Source: Candidatus Adlerbacteria bacterium
GTDB lineage: Bacteria > Patescibacteriota > Minisyncoccia > Phycocordibacterales > SBAW01
Assembly: GCA_903851045.1 (NCBI GenBank)
Contig: CAINNF010000017.1
Span: 34,353-98,352 of the forward strand
Direction of reading: 5' to 3'
Length of the DNA stretch: 64,000 bases
Part shown: positions 9,069 through 17,774 of the stretch, in pieces
How positions within the stretch are numbered: the first letter of the stretch is position 1
Layout of the letters: each line of letters starts with the position of its first letter
Notes under the pieces: generated by a model
Databases searched by the model: none
What the model was told of the DNA's origin: nothing
What the model saw: the letters and a program-made list of their open reading frames with translations, nothing else
Position numbers and translations under genes: made by a program

Positions 9069-11339
9069 ATGCGACTGAAGTCGATAGAGTTGTCGGGATT
9101 TAAATCGTTCGCGCGCAAGACGGAATTGCAGTTTTCGTCGGCTATTACTTCGATCGTCGGACCCAACGGGTCGGGCAAGTCCAATATCGCGGAGTCCTTT
9201 CGGTTCGTGCTCGGTGAGCAGTCGATGAAGTCGATGCGCGGCAAGCGGGGCGAGGACATGATCTGGAATGGCTCCAACTCGACCCCACGCGGCTCGCGGG
9301 CGTCGGTCAAGCTCGTGTTCGACAATGCAGACCGAGCGTTGAACCTAGACTTCGACGAGGTTGCTATCGAGCGCGTAGTCTACCGCGACGGCGCGAACGA
9401 ATATCTGCTCAACGGCTCCCAGGTTCGGCTACGCGACATCAACGAACTGCTCGCACAAGCGAACATCGGCTCCTCTGGCCACCATATCATCTCGCAAGGT
9501 GAGGCGGATCGTGTGTTGTCGGCAACCGCTCGTGAGCGCCGCGAGATGATAGAGGACGCGCTCGGGCTCACGGCGTATCTATATAAACGAGAGGAGGCGG
9601 AACGTAAGCTCGTGAAGACGGCCGAGAACAGCGCCCAGGTCGAGGGGCTTCGTCGCGAGCTCGCACCGCATCTGAAGTTCTTGCAGTCACAGGTGCGCAA
9701 GATCGAGGAGTCGCAGAAGCTGCGCGACGATCTCGCGCTCAAATATGTGGAATATCTCAAACGCGAGAGCGTCTATCTTCATGTCACCCATGGACTCCTT
9801 ACCGCAGCATATGACGCACCCGAGCGCGAGCATACGGAGCTTAACCACAAGATCACCGAGCTTCGCATGGCGCTCGAGCGAAAGGGGAGTGACGCGGGAG
9901 CGTCCGAGTTGGTGCGGCTGGAGGAGGCGGGCAGGCGCGCGGCGCATAGGCGCGACATGCTGGGTCGTGAGCTCGGACGCATCGAAGGCGAGTTGGTCGC
10001 CGAAGAGCGGATCTTGAAGGTGGTCGAACGGGCGGTACCCGAAGCGCAAGCGCGCGAGTTCGCCAACCGTGTGGAGGCTGAGCTCGAAGAATCGATGCAG
10101 CTCTCGGAGGCAGAGATCAAACAGCGCATGGCCGCGCTCATTATTTTAGTAAAGGATTTCTTGCGTCGCATCACGCACGTCGAGCAGGTCCGCGAGGGTC
10201 GCTCGAAGGAAGAATTGCTGGAGCGCAAGCAGCAACTCGAACAGGAACTCCACACGACGGGGGAAGATGAGCGGCGCATAGCGGGGGCGGTCGCGCATCT
10301 GCGCATCAGCATCGAGAGCGAAAAGGACGCGTCGCGCGAAGCGGAGCGTGACCTGTTCGCGGCGATGGCACGCAGGAGCGAGCTGGAGACGAAGATCAAC
10401 AGTATCCGCTCGAAGGTAGAGATGCTCGAGCGCGAGACCGCGGCTTTTAGATCGGAGGTCGGCGAGGCGGGGGCGATACTGGGGCGCGCGGTCCAGTCGT
10501 ACGAGGACCACGTGGTGAGGAGCGCTTCGGGTGAGCTGGTGACGGACGCGGAGATGGTGGACGAGCCGCGCTCGCAGCAAGAAGATCGACGTAAAAAGAT
10601 CGAGCGGCTCAAGATCCGTCTCGAAGAGGCGGGCTTGGGTAATACGGCCGAGATCCTGCGCGAACACGAGGAGACCGTGGAGCGCGACCGATTCCTCGCG
10701 CGCGAGCTCCTCGACCTCGAGACGTCGGCCCAGTCGCTGCGCGAACTGATCGATGAGCTCACGAAGACGCTTTCGGCACGGTTTGCCGAAGGTATCACCA
10801 AGATAAATACCCAATTCGACGCGTTCTTTAAGCTGATGTTCGGTGGAGGAGACGCGGCGCTGTCGCTCGTTACCGAAGGGAAGGTACGGCCATACGCGGC
10901 GAAGCTTGCAGACGATGACCGCCCCAACGTCGCCCGCGGTGACGACGTGTCGGATGATGCAGAGTTAGATGCCGACGAAAAGGAAGAGGGGATAGAGATA
11001 ACGATTTCCCTGCCGCACAAGCGCATCAAAGGACTCCACATGCTTTCGGGCGGGGAGCGTGCGCTCACCTCGATAGCACTCATCTTCGCTATGTCACAGG
11101 TCAACCCGCCACCGTTCCTTATCCTCGACGAGACCGACGCCGCGCTCGACGAAGCCAACTCTCGCCGCTACGGCGACATGATCTCGACGCTGGGCAAGCG
11201 CTCGCAGCTCCTCCTCATCACCCACAACCGCGAAACCATGTCCCGAGCCGGCATCCTCTACGGCATCACCATGGGCTCCGACGGTGTCTCCAAGCTCCTC
11301 TCGGTCAAGTTCGAAGAGGCACTTGCGGTTGCTAAATAA
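9069..11339 (+). CDS. smc: SMC-family chromosome segregation ATPase, unusually short (756 aa) and apparently hinge-less
   Basis: N-terminal head IVGPNGSGKSNIAESFRFVLGEQS (Walker A). C-terminal LSGGERALTSIALIFAM signature plus LILDETDAALD Walker B. The middle ~400 aa is charged coiled-coil with no Gly-rich hinge motif. Confidence 0.8.
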   Translation: MRLKSIELSGFKSFARKTELQFSSAITSIVGPNGSGKSNIAESFRFVLGEQSMKSMRGKRGEDMIWNGSNSTPRGSRASVKLVFDNADRALNLDFDEVAIERVVYRDGANEYLLNGSQVRLRDINELLAQANIGSSGHHIISQGEADRVLSATARERREMIEDALGLTAYLYKREEAERKLVKTAENSAQVEGLRRELAPHLKFLQSQVRKIEESQKLRDDLALKYVEYLKRESVYLHVTHGLLTAAYDAPEREHTELNHKITELRMALERKGSDAGASELVRLEEAGRRAAHRRDMLGRELGRIEGELVAEERILKVVERAVPEAQAREFANRVEAELEESMQLSEAEIKQRMAALIILVKDFLRRITHVEQVREGRSKEELLERKQQLEQELHTTGEDERRIAGAVAHLRISIESEKDASREAERDLFAAMARRSELETKINSIRSKVEMLERETAAFRSEVGEAGAILGRAVQSYEDHVVRSASGELVTDAEMVDEPRSQQEDRRKKIERLKIRLEEAGLGNTAEILREHEETVERDRFLARELLDLETSAQSLRELIDELTKTLSARFAEGITKINTQFDAFFKLMFGGGDAALSLVTEGKVRPYAAKLADDDRPNVARGDDVSDDAELDADEKEEGIEITISLPHKRIKGLHMLSGGERALTSIALIFAMSQVNPPPFLILDETDAALDEANSRRYGDMISTLGKRSQLLLITHNRETMSRAGILYGITMGSDGVSKLLSVKFEEALAVAK

Positions 11340-11363
11340 CACTTTTTTGTGCGTGGCAACCTA

Positions 11364-11391
11364 TTGACAATATAACTAAGGTGTGTATAAT
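11364..11391 (+). promoter_or_regulatory. consensus sigma-70 promoter (TTGACA-16 nt-TATAAT)
   Basis: TTGACA at 11364-11369 and TATAAT at 11386-11391 with a 16-nt spacer, ~50 nt upstream of ATG 11444. Confidence 0.65.
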
Positions 11392-11443
11392 AGCAACTGG
11401 CTGTACTACATACATAACTAGAGAATACAGAGGGATAAACCCC

Positions 11444-12307
11444 ATGTCGGATGTTGTCTCAGTCTCCGCCCGAGAGGTGGAGATACAGCAGCAGTTCGGT
11501 GCACGTTTGCAACGAAGCCTGCTTTTCAGGCGTATCGTCGTCGGTGGTGCTGTGCTCATTTCGCTTGCACTCATTCTGCCGTTGGCGATCGCCGCCCTAC
11601 AGGCCGGCCTTGCGCTGCTCGCGCTTGCTGTCCTGTCCCTGCTCGCGCTGGGCTCCTGGAAGATGCTCCCCTGGTGGATCCTCTCCATCGAGAACCGGGT
11701 GCGGGAACGTATCCAAGTTGAGAAGAATCGCAGTCTCGCCGCCCTCAAGGCGGAGGCGCGAGCCAACCCGATCGAGCAGTTGCAGAACTATCTGCTCGGG
11801 GAGAAGCGAAAGCTGGATGGGTTCAAGCAGGCCCTCGCTCAGATCGGTGCGCAGGTCGAGACCATGTCCGACATGCTCCGGGAGCGGAAGAAGGCGAAGC
11901 CGAACTCGGACTACACCAACAAGGACCGGCATCTCGACTCGATGAGGCAGGTGTTCGCACAACTGCTCAAATCGGCGAAGGATGGTGACGAAGCGATTGC
12001 GGCACTGCGTGAGGCGATCGACGATAAGAAGTTCGACTGGCAGTTCGCGCAGGTCGGTCAGGCCGCTATGCAGCACTTCAAGGCTATGAACGGCCAAGAT
12101 CTGCTAAACGAGCTGCTTGCTGACGAGTCCTTCGCAGCAATTCGCGACAACTTCAACAGGGTGTTCGCGGATATCGAGGTCCAGATCGGAGGTATCAATT
12201 CCCAAAGAGCGTTGACCTTCGGCGAAGGCACTGACGCCTTCACTATCGACCTCTCGCAGATACGAGTTGGTACGCCGGAACTCGTTCCGGCTTCGGCAAC
12301 CAAGTGA
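11444..12307 (+). CDS. membrane-anchored coiled-coil protein (288 aa), function unknown
   Basis: ATG 11444 with GAGGG RBS. N-terminal TM hairpin (IVVGGAVLISLALILPLAIAALQAGLALLALAVLSLLALGSW) then a long charged helical region. The track start at 11381 is a longest-ORF artefact. Confidence 0.55.
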   Translation: MSDVVSVSAREVEIQQQFGARLQRSLLFRRIVVGGAVLISLALILPLAIAALQAGLALLALAVLSLLALGSWKMLPWWILSIENRVRERIQVEKNRSLAALKAEARANPIEQLQNYLLGEKRKLDGFKQALAQIGAQVETMSDMLRERKKAKPNSDYTNKDRHLDSMRQVFAQLLKSAKDGDEAIAALREAIDDKKFDWQFAQVGQAAMQHFKAMNGQDLLNELLADESFAAIRDNFNRVFADIEVQIGGINSQRALTFGEGTDAFTIDLSQIRVGTPELVPASATK

Positions 12308-12317
12308 AGGTGCTCAC

Positions 12318-12500
12318 ATGAGCGATCAACCGAAGGTAACGCTCGATAAGCCGCAGGGCTTCTCGAGATTGATCGGACGCGCCCTCGCGGTCGTGTTCCT
12401 GATCGTCGCGGGTGTCATAGTGTTCTTTCTCCTGAACGACGATTCCTCCACAACGGTACGTCCGAGTCTGGGATCGTCCTCCGGCATTCATCTCCGCTAA
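12318..12500 (+). CDS. small single-pass membrane protein (60 aa)
   Basis: ATG 12318 (MSDQPKVTLDKPQGFSRLIGRALAVVFLIVAGVIVFFLLNDD...). Sits between the coiled-coil protein and the TAXI gene. Confidence 0.4.
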   Translation: MSDQPKVTLDKPQGFSRLIGRALAVVFLIVAGVIVFFLLNDDSSTTVRPSLGSSSGIHLR

Positions 12501-12522
12501 ACCTGAAAGGAAGGATACTCGC

Positions 12523-13491
12523 ATGATTATGACACGTTTGCTCGCGTCGGCGCTCGTTTGGGCGTTCAGCGCGACACTGCCCGCGCTTGCGCAGCAGGCG
12601 CAGGCACCTGCGAAGATGCAGTTCATCGTCGCGGCAGCATCGTCGTCCGGTACCTACATGGAGATGCTCAAGCAGATCGGGGGGGTGTGCAACAGCGACG
12701 ACTTTACCATCGTTGAAGCTGATGTGAAGGGCGGTGCCACGGACAATCTGTCAGCACTGCTCGGCAACAAGGTCAGCGCGGCATTCCTGCATTCGGACGT
12801 GATCTACTTCTACGGCCAGACCGAACCGAAGTATCACGACTACAAGACCCTCGTCTCGCTCTACCCCGAAGACATCCACATCGTGGCGCTTCGGAATTCG
12901 GGTCTCAAGGCAGGTGGTTATGCGGGTACGGGCATCGGTGCCAAGCTTGTCGAGTTCACGACGATGACCGATCTCGCTGGCTACAAGGTCGGCGCGGCGG
13001 GTGGCGGCGTGATTACGGCGCGGATCCTTGCGGGCCAGGGCGATGGGCGCTTCGAAGTCGTCCAGTTTAACTCTGGTTCCGAGGTGCTTCCTGCGCTGGA
13101 GCGGGGCGAGATCCAGGCGGCAGTGTTTGTCGGCGGCGCGCCGCTGACGAATATCTCTGGGCTCTCGGCTGACAAGTTCAAGCTGCTTTCGATCAACGAG
13201 ACGGCCGCGAACAAGCTCTCCGGTGTCTACCGGCGTACGACAATCAACTATGTCAACCTGCGCAGTGACAACATCCCAACTCTTGCGCCCATGGCGGTGA
13301 TCGTGACGCGCAAGTATACAGTGGCGAAGTTCGTCGCGCCGCAGCGGCACTTCCGTGAGTGCTTCCTTGCAGGTCTGTCCGAGTTGCAGGAGACGCCGGG
13401 CAACCACCCCAAGTGGCAGTTGGTCGACTCCGCTGACCATGGGGTTTGGGAGTGGCTCGAGATTCCCGGTGCTGCTGCTCCGACGAAGTAG
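12523..13491 (+). CDS. TAXI-family (TRAP-associated) periplasmic solute-binding protein, orphan with no TRAP permease nearby
   Basis: Signal peptide plus blocks AAASSSGTYME, VKGGATDNLSALLGNKVSAAFLHSDVIYF, LVSLYPEDIHIVALRNSGLKA and DLAGYKVGAAGGGVITARIL, matching COG2358/TAXI conserved blocks. Confidence 0.7.
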   Translation: MIMTRLLASALVWAFSATLPALAQQAQAPAKMQFIVAAASSSGTYMEMLKQIGGVCNSDDFTIVEADVKGGATDNLSALLGNKVSAAFLHSDVIYFYGQTEPKYHDYKTLVSLYPEDIHIVALRNSGLKAGGYAGTGIGAKLVEFTTMTDLAGYKVGAAGGGVITARILAGQGDGRFEVVQFNSGSEVLPALERGEIQAAVFVGGAPLTNISGLSADKFKLLSINETAANKLSGVYRRTTINYVNLRSDNIPTLAPMAVIVTRKYTVAKFVAPQRHFRECFLAGLSELQETPGNHPKWQLVDSADHGVWEWLEIPGAAAPTK

Positions 13492-13506
13492 TATTTGTAC
13501 GAACCA

Positions 13507-13536
13507 CGGCCCACCCCTCAAAAGGTGGGCCGTTTT
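13507..13536 (+). terminator. rho-independent terminator
   Basis: cggcccacc / ggtgggccg stem followed by tttt. Confidence 0.65.
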
Positions 13537-13600
13537 CTATGATGGGGGAAGGGGATCGGGATATTTTTTTGGGACAGTAATAATCATGAAATACTGGTCG

Positions 13601-13637
13601 GTCAATATATTGACATTTTATTAATATAAGTTAAGAT
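13601..13637 (+). promoter_or_regulatory. sigma-70-like promoter whose -35 overlaps a perfect 14-bp palindrome GTCAATATATTGAC (candidate operator)
   Basis: Palindrome at 13601-13614. TTGACA at 13610-13615, 16-nt spacer, TAAGAT at 13632-13637. Lies in the AT-rich gap between a terminator and the 13714 operon. Confidence 0.5.
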
Positions 13638-13713
13638 GCCCAACGGACTCGGAAAGGTACTTTGATAATGATCTCTTTCCAGTCGACTCCCACCCATTCT
13701 TCAGGAGGATCGC

Positions 13714-15474
13714 TTGAATACGCCACGACGTATGTTGTCGGCGCTCTGTGCGCTGTTGTTGCTCGTCGGTATGACACCGAACTCGTTCGGTGCTTCGACA
13801 TACACATCTTCGACTCGAGCCGCGCCGTCGCCCGCCGCTCCCAGTACTTGGGGTCGGTCGCCGCCACCGCAGGTTACCAACAGTAGTGGCTTTGGTCGCC
13901 CTACGGCACCATCTTCGTCCGGCACAGTGCCGAACGCAGTAACGCCCTCAAGAGCTGCGCTGCCACAGGCGACGTCCAGCAACGGTTTCGGACGGTCGAC
14001 CGCTTCGACCACGCCGCAACCCGCAACGCTTGGCAAGCCTCAGCCTGCCGTCACGGCTGGCAGACCGCCACCGACGCGTACGACGCTCGATCGGGCAGTC
14101 GTAGCCAGTCAGTCTGCCGCCGCACTCGCTGAGATGCGGGCAAAGCAAGCTTCGTTCAGGGCGCCGCCACCGCGGGTGGAGACACCTGCGGCGACCAATG
14201 TGTGGATTAACACCGTGCGTCCGGCGAGCACGCCGCGACCTTCTGTCTCGGTGTACTACGTTGAGCGCAACCACTACTACGAGAACACCGGTTGGCATCC
14301 GTTGGCCTACATGGCGCTCGGTGCCGCTGCTTATGGTGTCTACGACTCCATGTTCGTCTGGCACAACATGGACACACACCCCGAATGGTTCTACCACCAT
14401 TATGACGACCCGGCGTATCGCGCCTGGCGCAGTGATGCGGACAGGATTGCTCAGTCTCCGGACAATGCCGATCTGCGTGCCAAGCTTGCGAAGCTGGACC
14501 AGGACGTCGCCGATCTGAAGGCGAAGAATGTTCCGGTTAATACGACCTACTTGCCGTCCGACATCAAACCTGACGTCGCGCTTGCGGCCGAGGTGGTGAC
14601 GGGTGTCACGGCGCCGGACCTTTCGTTCGCGAGCGGTCCAGACGGGACCACCTACAACTCGCTATGCGCGAGTGACGGCGGGTTTAAAGACTCCGCCAAT
14701 GACACGATGAACGTGACGTGCGTATCGACCGACGGTGCCTGGGACAACGTGATCGGTTATCTCGCCCACAAATACTCGGCCATCTTCGCGACGACCGACG
14801 TCATCGATGCCGCACTGCGCGCCAGGTCGACCAGCGGTGGGAAGACCACGCTTGGCCGGCAACAACTGAGCGCCTACAACGAACTGATGTTCCTGTTGGT
14901 GAACAAGGATTCACCAATCTGGAGCGTCACCGACCTGAAGCCTGGGCGAGACGTGCTCTATGTCGGGCCTTCGGGTTCCGGCACAGAGATCTCCTACCAG
15001 AACTTGGCGCATCACGCGACCACGAGTTCGTGGGGCGTCTTCTCGAACCACAACGCGCAGTACGAGGGCGTGGTCACAAAGAACGAATCCTACGACGAAG
15101 CGGTCCGCGAGGTCTCGACGAATCCGAACGCGGTGCTCCTCGTCATGATGCCCGGACATTCCAATTATGTGTCCGGTATCGAGACAAAATATGGTGATCG
15201 CGTACGACTTGTGCCGATGAATGGCGACGCGAGCTTCACCAACGTGCGTGACCAAGACGGCAATGACGTCTACCACGAGTGCGAACTCGCGAGTGGCTTG
15301 TATCCCAAGCTGCTCGGCGCGAAGACCGTCGAAACGCTCTGCGTACAGGCGGTGGTCGCAGTGTCGGACGACTGGGTGCGCAAGAGTCCAAACGGTGAGG
15401 ACCTGTTCCTCACTGCATGGGCGTACATGCTTCCCAAACTGCAGGGCATTAACGCGGGAGTCGAGCAACAATGA
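13714..15474 (+). CDS. secreted protein: signal peptide, ~170-aa Pro/Ser/Thr-rich linker, then a TAXI-like binding domain
   Basis: TTG start 13714 with AGGAGG 5 nt upstream. MNTPRRMLSALCALLLLVGMTPNSFGAST signal peptide. C-terminal blocks LMFLLVNKDSPIWSVTDLKPGRDVLYVGPSGSGTEISYQNL and LYPKLLGAKTVETLCVQAVVAVSDDW parallel TAXI conserved blocks. Stop overlaps the next ATG (ATGA). Confidence 0.65.
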   Translation: MNTPRRMLSALCALLLLVGMTPNSFGASTYTSSTRAAPSPAAPSTWGRSPPPQVTNSSGFGRPTAPSSSGTVPNAVTPSRAALPQATSSNGFGRSTASTTPQPATLGKPQPAVTAGRPPPTRTTLDRAVVASQSAAALAEMRAKQASFRAPPPRVETPAATNVWINTVRPASTPRPSVSVYYVERNHYYENTGWHPLAYMALGAAAYGVYDSMFVWHNMDTHPEWFYHHYDDPAYRAWRSDADRIAQSPDNADLRAKLAKLDQDVADLKAKNVPVNTTYLPSDIKPDVALAAEVVTGVTAPDLSFASGPDGTTYNSLCASDGGFKDSANDTMNVTCVSTDGAWDNVIGYLAHKYSAIFATTDVIDAALRARSTSGGKTTLGRQQLSAYNELMFLLVNKDSPIWSVTDLKPGRDVLYVGPSGSGTEISYQNLAHHATTSSWGVFSNHNAQYEGVVTKNESYDEAVREVSTNPNAVLLVMMPGHSNYVSGIETKYGDRVRLVPMNGDASFTNVRDQDGNDVYHECELASGLYPKLLGAKTVETLCVQAVVAVSDDWVRKSPNGEDLFLTAWAYMLPKLQGINAGVEQQ

Positions 15475-16334
15475 GCGGTTTCTACAGAGCGTACGCGCAG
15501 CTTCTCGCCGCGCGTACGACGGCGAAGGTGTCGGCACTGATGCGGGGATCCCGCACGGACCGCGACCTTCCGCTGAAGCTTCGGATTGGCGGGTCGATTC
15601 TCTTCAATGACCCGACGAAATCCATTCTCGCCGCAGGTGCTGGACACCTCGTCCGGTTCCCTGCGTCGGGAGTGGCCAAGATCGTCGCCTGGGGGAGCAT
15701 GCGCTACCTCGGGCGGCACACGATCAATCGCTTCTACCTCGACACCGGCGACGCGGCGGATGATCTCATCCTCCAAGTCGTCGTGGGTTCCGACGGACTC
15801 GTCTACAATGACGAGATCCGCCTTCTGCGGCTCGTGCGTGAGATCACGCCGTCGTCCGCGGACGAGTGGACTATCTGGCTCCCCGGCGCCAAAGGCTTCC
15901 GCGAACAACAACTGCGCGAGCTCGGATGGACCAAGGTGCAGATCCAGGCGCAGCTCGACCAAGAGTACCCGGATGGCCAGGATCGCTATCTCATCGGGCA
16001 GAGCGTCTTCGATGTTCCCGATGAGCATAATCCCTCGGCGCCCCTGACGCGGTACTACCGCATCTGGCCGAAGGAGGGTGCCGAGTTCGTCGAACCTATC
16101 GAATTCGACGAGTCACTTCACACCGACCCCTGGGCCCAGCCGATCAGCGTTACACATCGCGCGATGCTGTACGGCCGGACTCTGACTGCGCCGCAAGGCT
16201 CCGAAGGGATTACCTTTCCCGACGAGTGGATGTGGCTGCAGGCAAGTGAGGTTGGGGACGAGGCGAGAGTGCAGCTACTGGCTGGTCTCTCGCTCGCGAC
16301 GACGGACTTCGCGGTCGTGCCACCCAGCGCCTAG
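15471..16334 (+). CDS. hypothetical cytoplasmic protein (287 aa), translationally coupled to the upstream secreted protein
   Basis: ATGA start/stop overlap at 15471-15474. No signal peptide. Possibly related to PspA-associated DUF families (YjfK/DUF2491-like), but I cannot confirm this from memory. Confidence 0.55.
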   Translation: MSGFYRAYAQLLAARTTAKVSALMRGSRTDRDLPLKLRIGGSILFNDPTKSILAAGAGHLVRFPASGVAKIVAWGSMRYLGRHTINRFYLDTGDAADDLILQVVVGSDGLVYNDEIRLLRLVREITPSSADEWTIWLPGAKGFREQQLRELGWTKVQIQAQLDQEYPDGQDRYLIGQSVFDVPDEHNPSAPLTRYYRIWPKEGAEFVEPIEFDESLHTDPWAQPISVTHRAMLYGRTLTAPQGSEGITFPDEWMWLQASEVGDEARVQLLAGLSLATTDFAVVPPSA

Positions 16335-16430
16335 CGCTGGTTGACGCGTTCTCTAGGTCCTGTTACTTTGTCTATACGCTGCGCCTCAGAGCGGTTACAG
16401 CTGAGGTTTCTTTTCAGGAAGAAACACCAC

Positions 16431-17207
16431 ATGGCTTTCGCGTTCATCAAGAACCTCGCTGGCCTCAAGGCGAGCGGAGTCGTTCAGGCCGGTGTCGAAG
16501 CGTATGTACGGTGGGACCCCAAAGGTTCAACCGCAGCCGAGCTTTTGACCATGGAGCAGCACCTGGACGTGTTGAACCAGCAGGTTTCCGAAGCACGGCA
16601 AGCCTTCAATAAGGAGAGGCAGGAGGCGGTCGCAATCGTGGCGCTGCACAACCAGCGCCTGGCGGCGGCCGAATTGCTGCAGAAGCAGATAGATGCGGCG
16701 ACCGACCCGGCGGTGAAAGCCGAGCTTGAAAAGAGTCTGGGCACACAGCTCACTTTGATCGAGCGGATGGCCCCGGATGTCGAGCGCGAGCAGGCTGAGG
16801 CAGCCGACGCCAAGGATGTGCTTGAGACGCTCGATGCCTCCTTCCAGGAGGCTGGACAGAAGCTGCTCGAGGGTCGTGCGCAGCTCGAGCAGGCAGAGCG
16901 TGACATGAAGCGTGCCGTGACACAGCGCGAATCGGCTGAGCGGCAGGCAGAAGCCGCTCGCCGAGCAGCCGGTCTGACGCAAGTCACCAGCGGACTGACG
17001 GTGGCTTTGAAAGCGATGCAGGACGCGGCGGCTAAGGATCTCGTGTCGGCGGATGCCGCGGCAAACAAGGCAAAGCTGTTGCGGCAGACCAAGCCTGAGC
17101 AGGACGACCCGCATATCGCGGCCGCGATGGCTGCGGTGTCCGGAAAGCCGGTGGCGGCCACGTCGCTGGCGGGGCGCCTCGCTGCGTTGAAGGAGAGGGC
17201 GGCCTGA
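16431..17207 (+). CDS. PspA/IM30 (phage-shock protein A / Vipp1 / ESCRT-III-like) family protein
   Basis: ATG 16431 with AGGAAG RBS. N-terminal amphipathic MAFAFIKNLAGLKA, a WDPKG...ELLTMEQHLDVLNQQVSEAR block paralleling PspA EDPQK...LMIQEMEDTLVEVR, then ~200 aa of Ala/Glu/Gln/Arg coiled-coil. 258 aa. Confidence 0.55.
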   Translation: MAFAFIKNLAGLKASGVVQAGVEAYVRWDPKGSTAAELLTMEQHLDVLNQQVSEARQAFNKERQEAVAIVALHNQRLAAAELLQKQIDAATDPAVKAELEKSLGTQLTLIERMAPDVEREQAEAADAKDVLETLDASFQEAGQKLLEGRAQLEQAERDMKRAVTQRESAERQAEAARRAAGLTQVTSGLTVALKAMQDAAAKDLVSADAAANKAKLLRQTKPEQDDPHIAAAMAAVSGKPVAATSLAGRLAALKERAA

Positions 17208-17367
17208 CGGTCTCCTGATCGTGACTAGCTAGTTCTTTTTACAGGGGTTCGTATCTACTGGGCGTGCAGCATCCGTGCTGCACGCCTTTTCTATATCCAG
17301 AAGCACACATTGACATTTTCTACAGAAACTGTATGGTACTGTTGCCTGCAATCGCAAAGGATATCAA

Positions 17368-17650
17368 AATGCGTAAGATGACGTTGGGTCAGATCGTCGT
17401 GTGTGCCATGGTGGCACTGCTCATCCTTGTCCCGTTCTGGTACCCATTGTTGGTGGGAGTGTGGTGGTTGATTGTCCTCGCATGGTCGCTGGCCTGGGGG
17501 TTAGTGAAGATCGTTTTTGCCGTCCTGTTTTGGCTCCTGCTACAGGTCGTCAGCTCCATGATCAGCGCTGTGGCTGTAGTGCTGGTCATTGGCGGGGTGG
17601 CGTGCTTTGCCTACTATAAGTTGCGTGCTGCGCCGACGCGCGCGCAGTAG
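17368..17650 (+). CDS. small polytopic membrane protein (94 aa), likely PspA partner
   Basis: ATG 17368 with AAGGA RBS. Three or four Trp/Leu-rich TM helices. Followed by a strong terminator. Confidence 0.5.
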
Positions 17651-17660
17651 CGTTTCTATC

Positions 17661-17696
17661 GGCCCGCCCTTACAAAGGCGGGCCGACTTCTTTTTG
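17661..17696 (+). terminator. rho-independent terminator
   Basis: ggcccgcc / ggcgggcc stem followed by gacttctttttgt. Confidence 0.7.
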
Positions 17697-17725
17697 TATG
17701 GGTAAAACATTTTATATATGTAAAA

Positions 17726-17753
17726 CCGGCTGCCAGTAGAGACTGGCAGCCGG
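17726..17753 (-). terminator. hairpin terminator serving the minus-strand small ORF
   Basis: Perfect 12-bp stem ccggctgccagt / actggcagccgg with 4-nt loop. On the minus strand it is followed by TTTTACATAT. Confidence 0.5.
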
Positions 17754-17774
17754 GTAGAAAATGAGGCCCCGCAA

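Noticed and set aside
9779-11158. 459-aa minus-strand ORF inside smc
   Set aside because: Ser/Arg/Ala-rich low-complexity translation typical of the antisense frame of a GC-rich coiled-coil gene. smc on the plus strand has clear motifs.
16484-17161. 225-aa and 195-aa minus-strand ORFs inside the PspA-like gene
   Set aside because: Ala/Ser/Cys-rich antisense translations of an Ala/Glu-rich coiled-coil gene. The plus-strand gene has an RBS, an amphipathic N-terminus and operon context.
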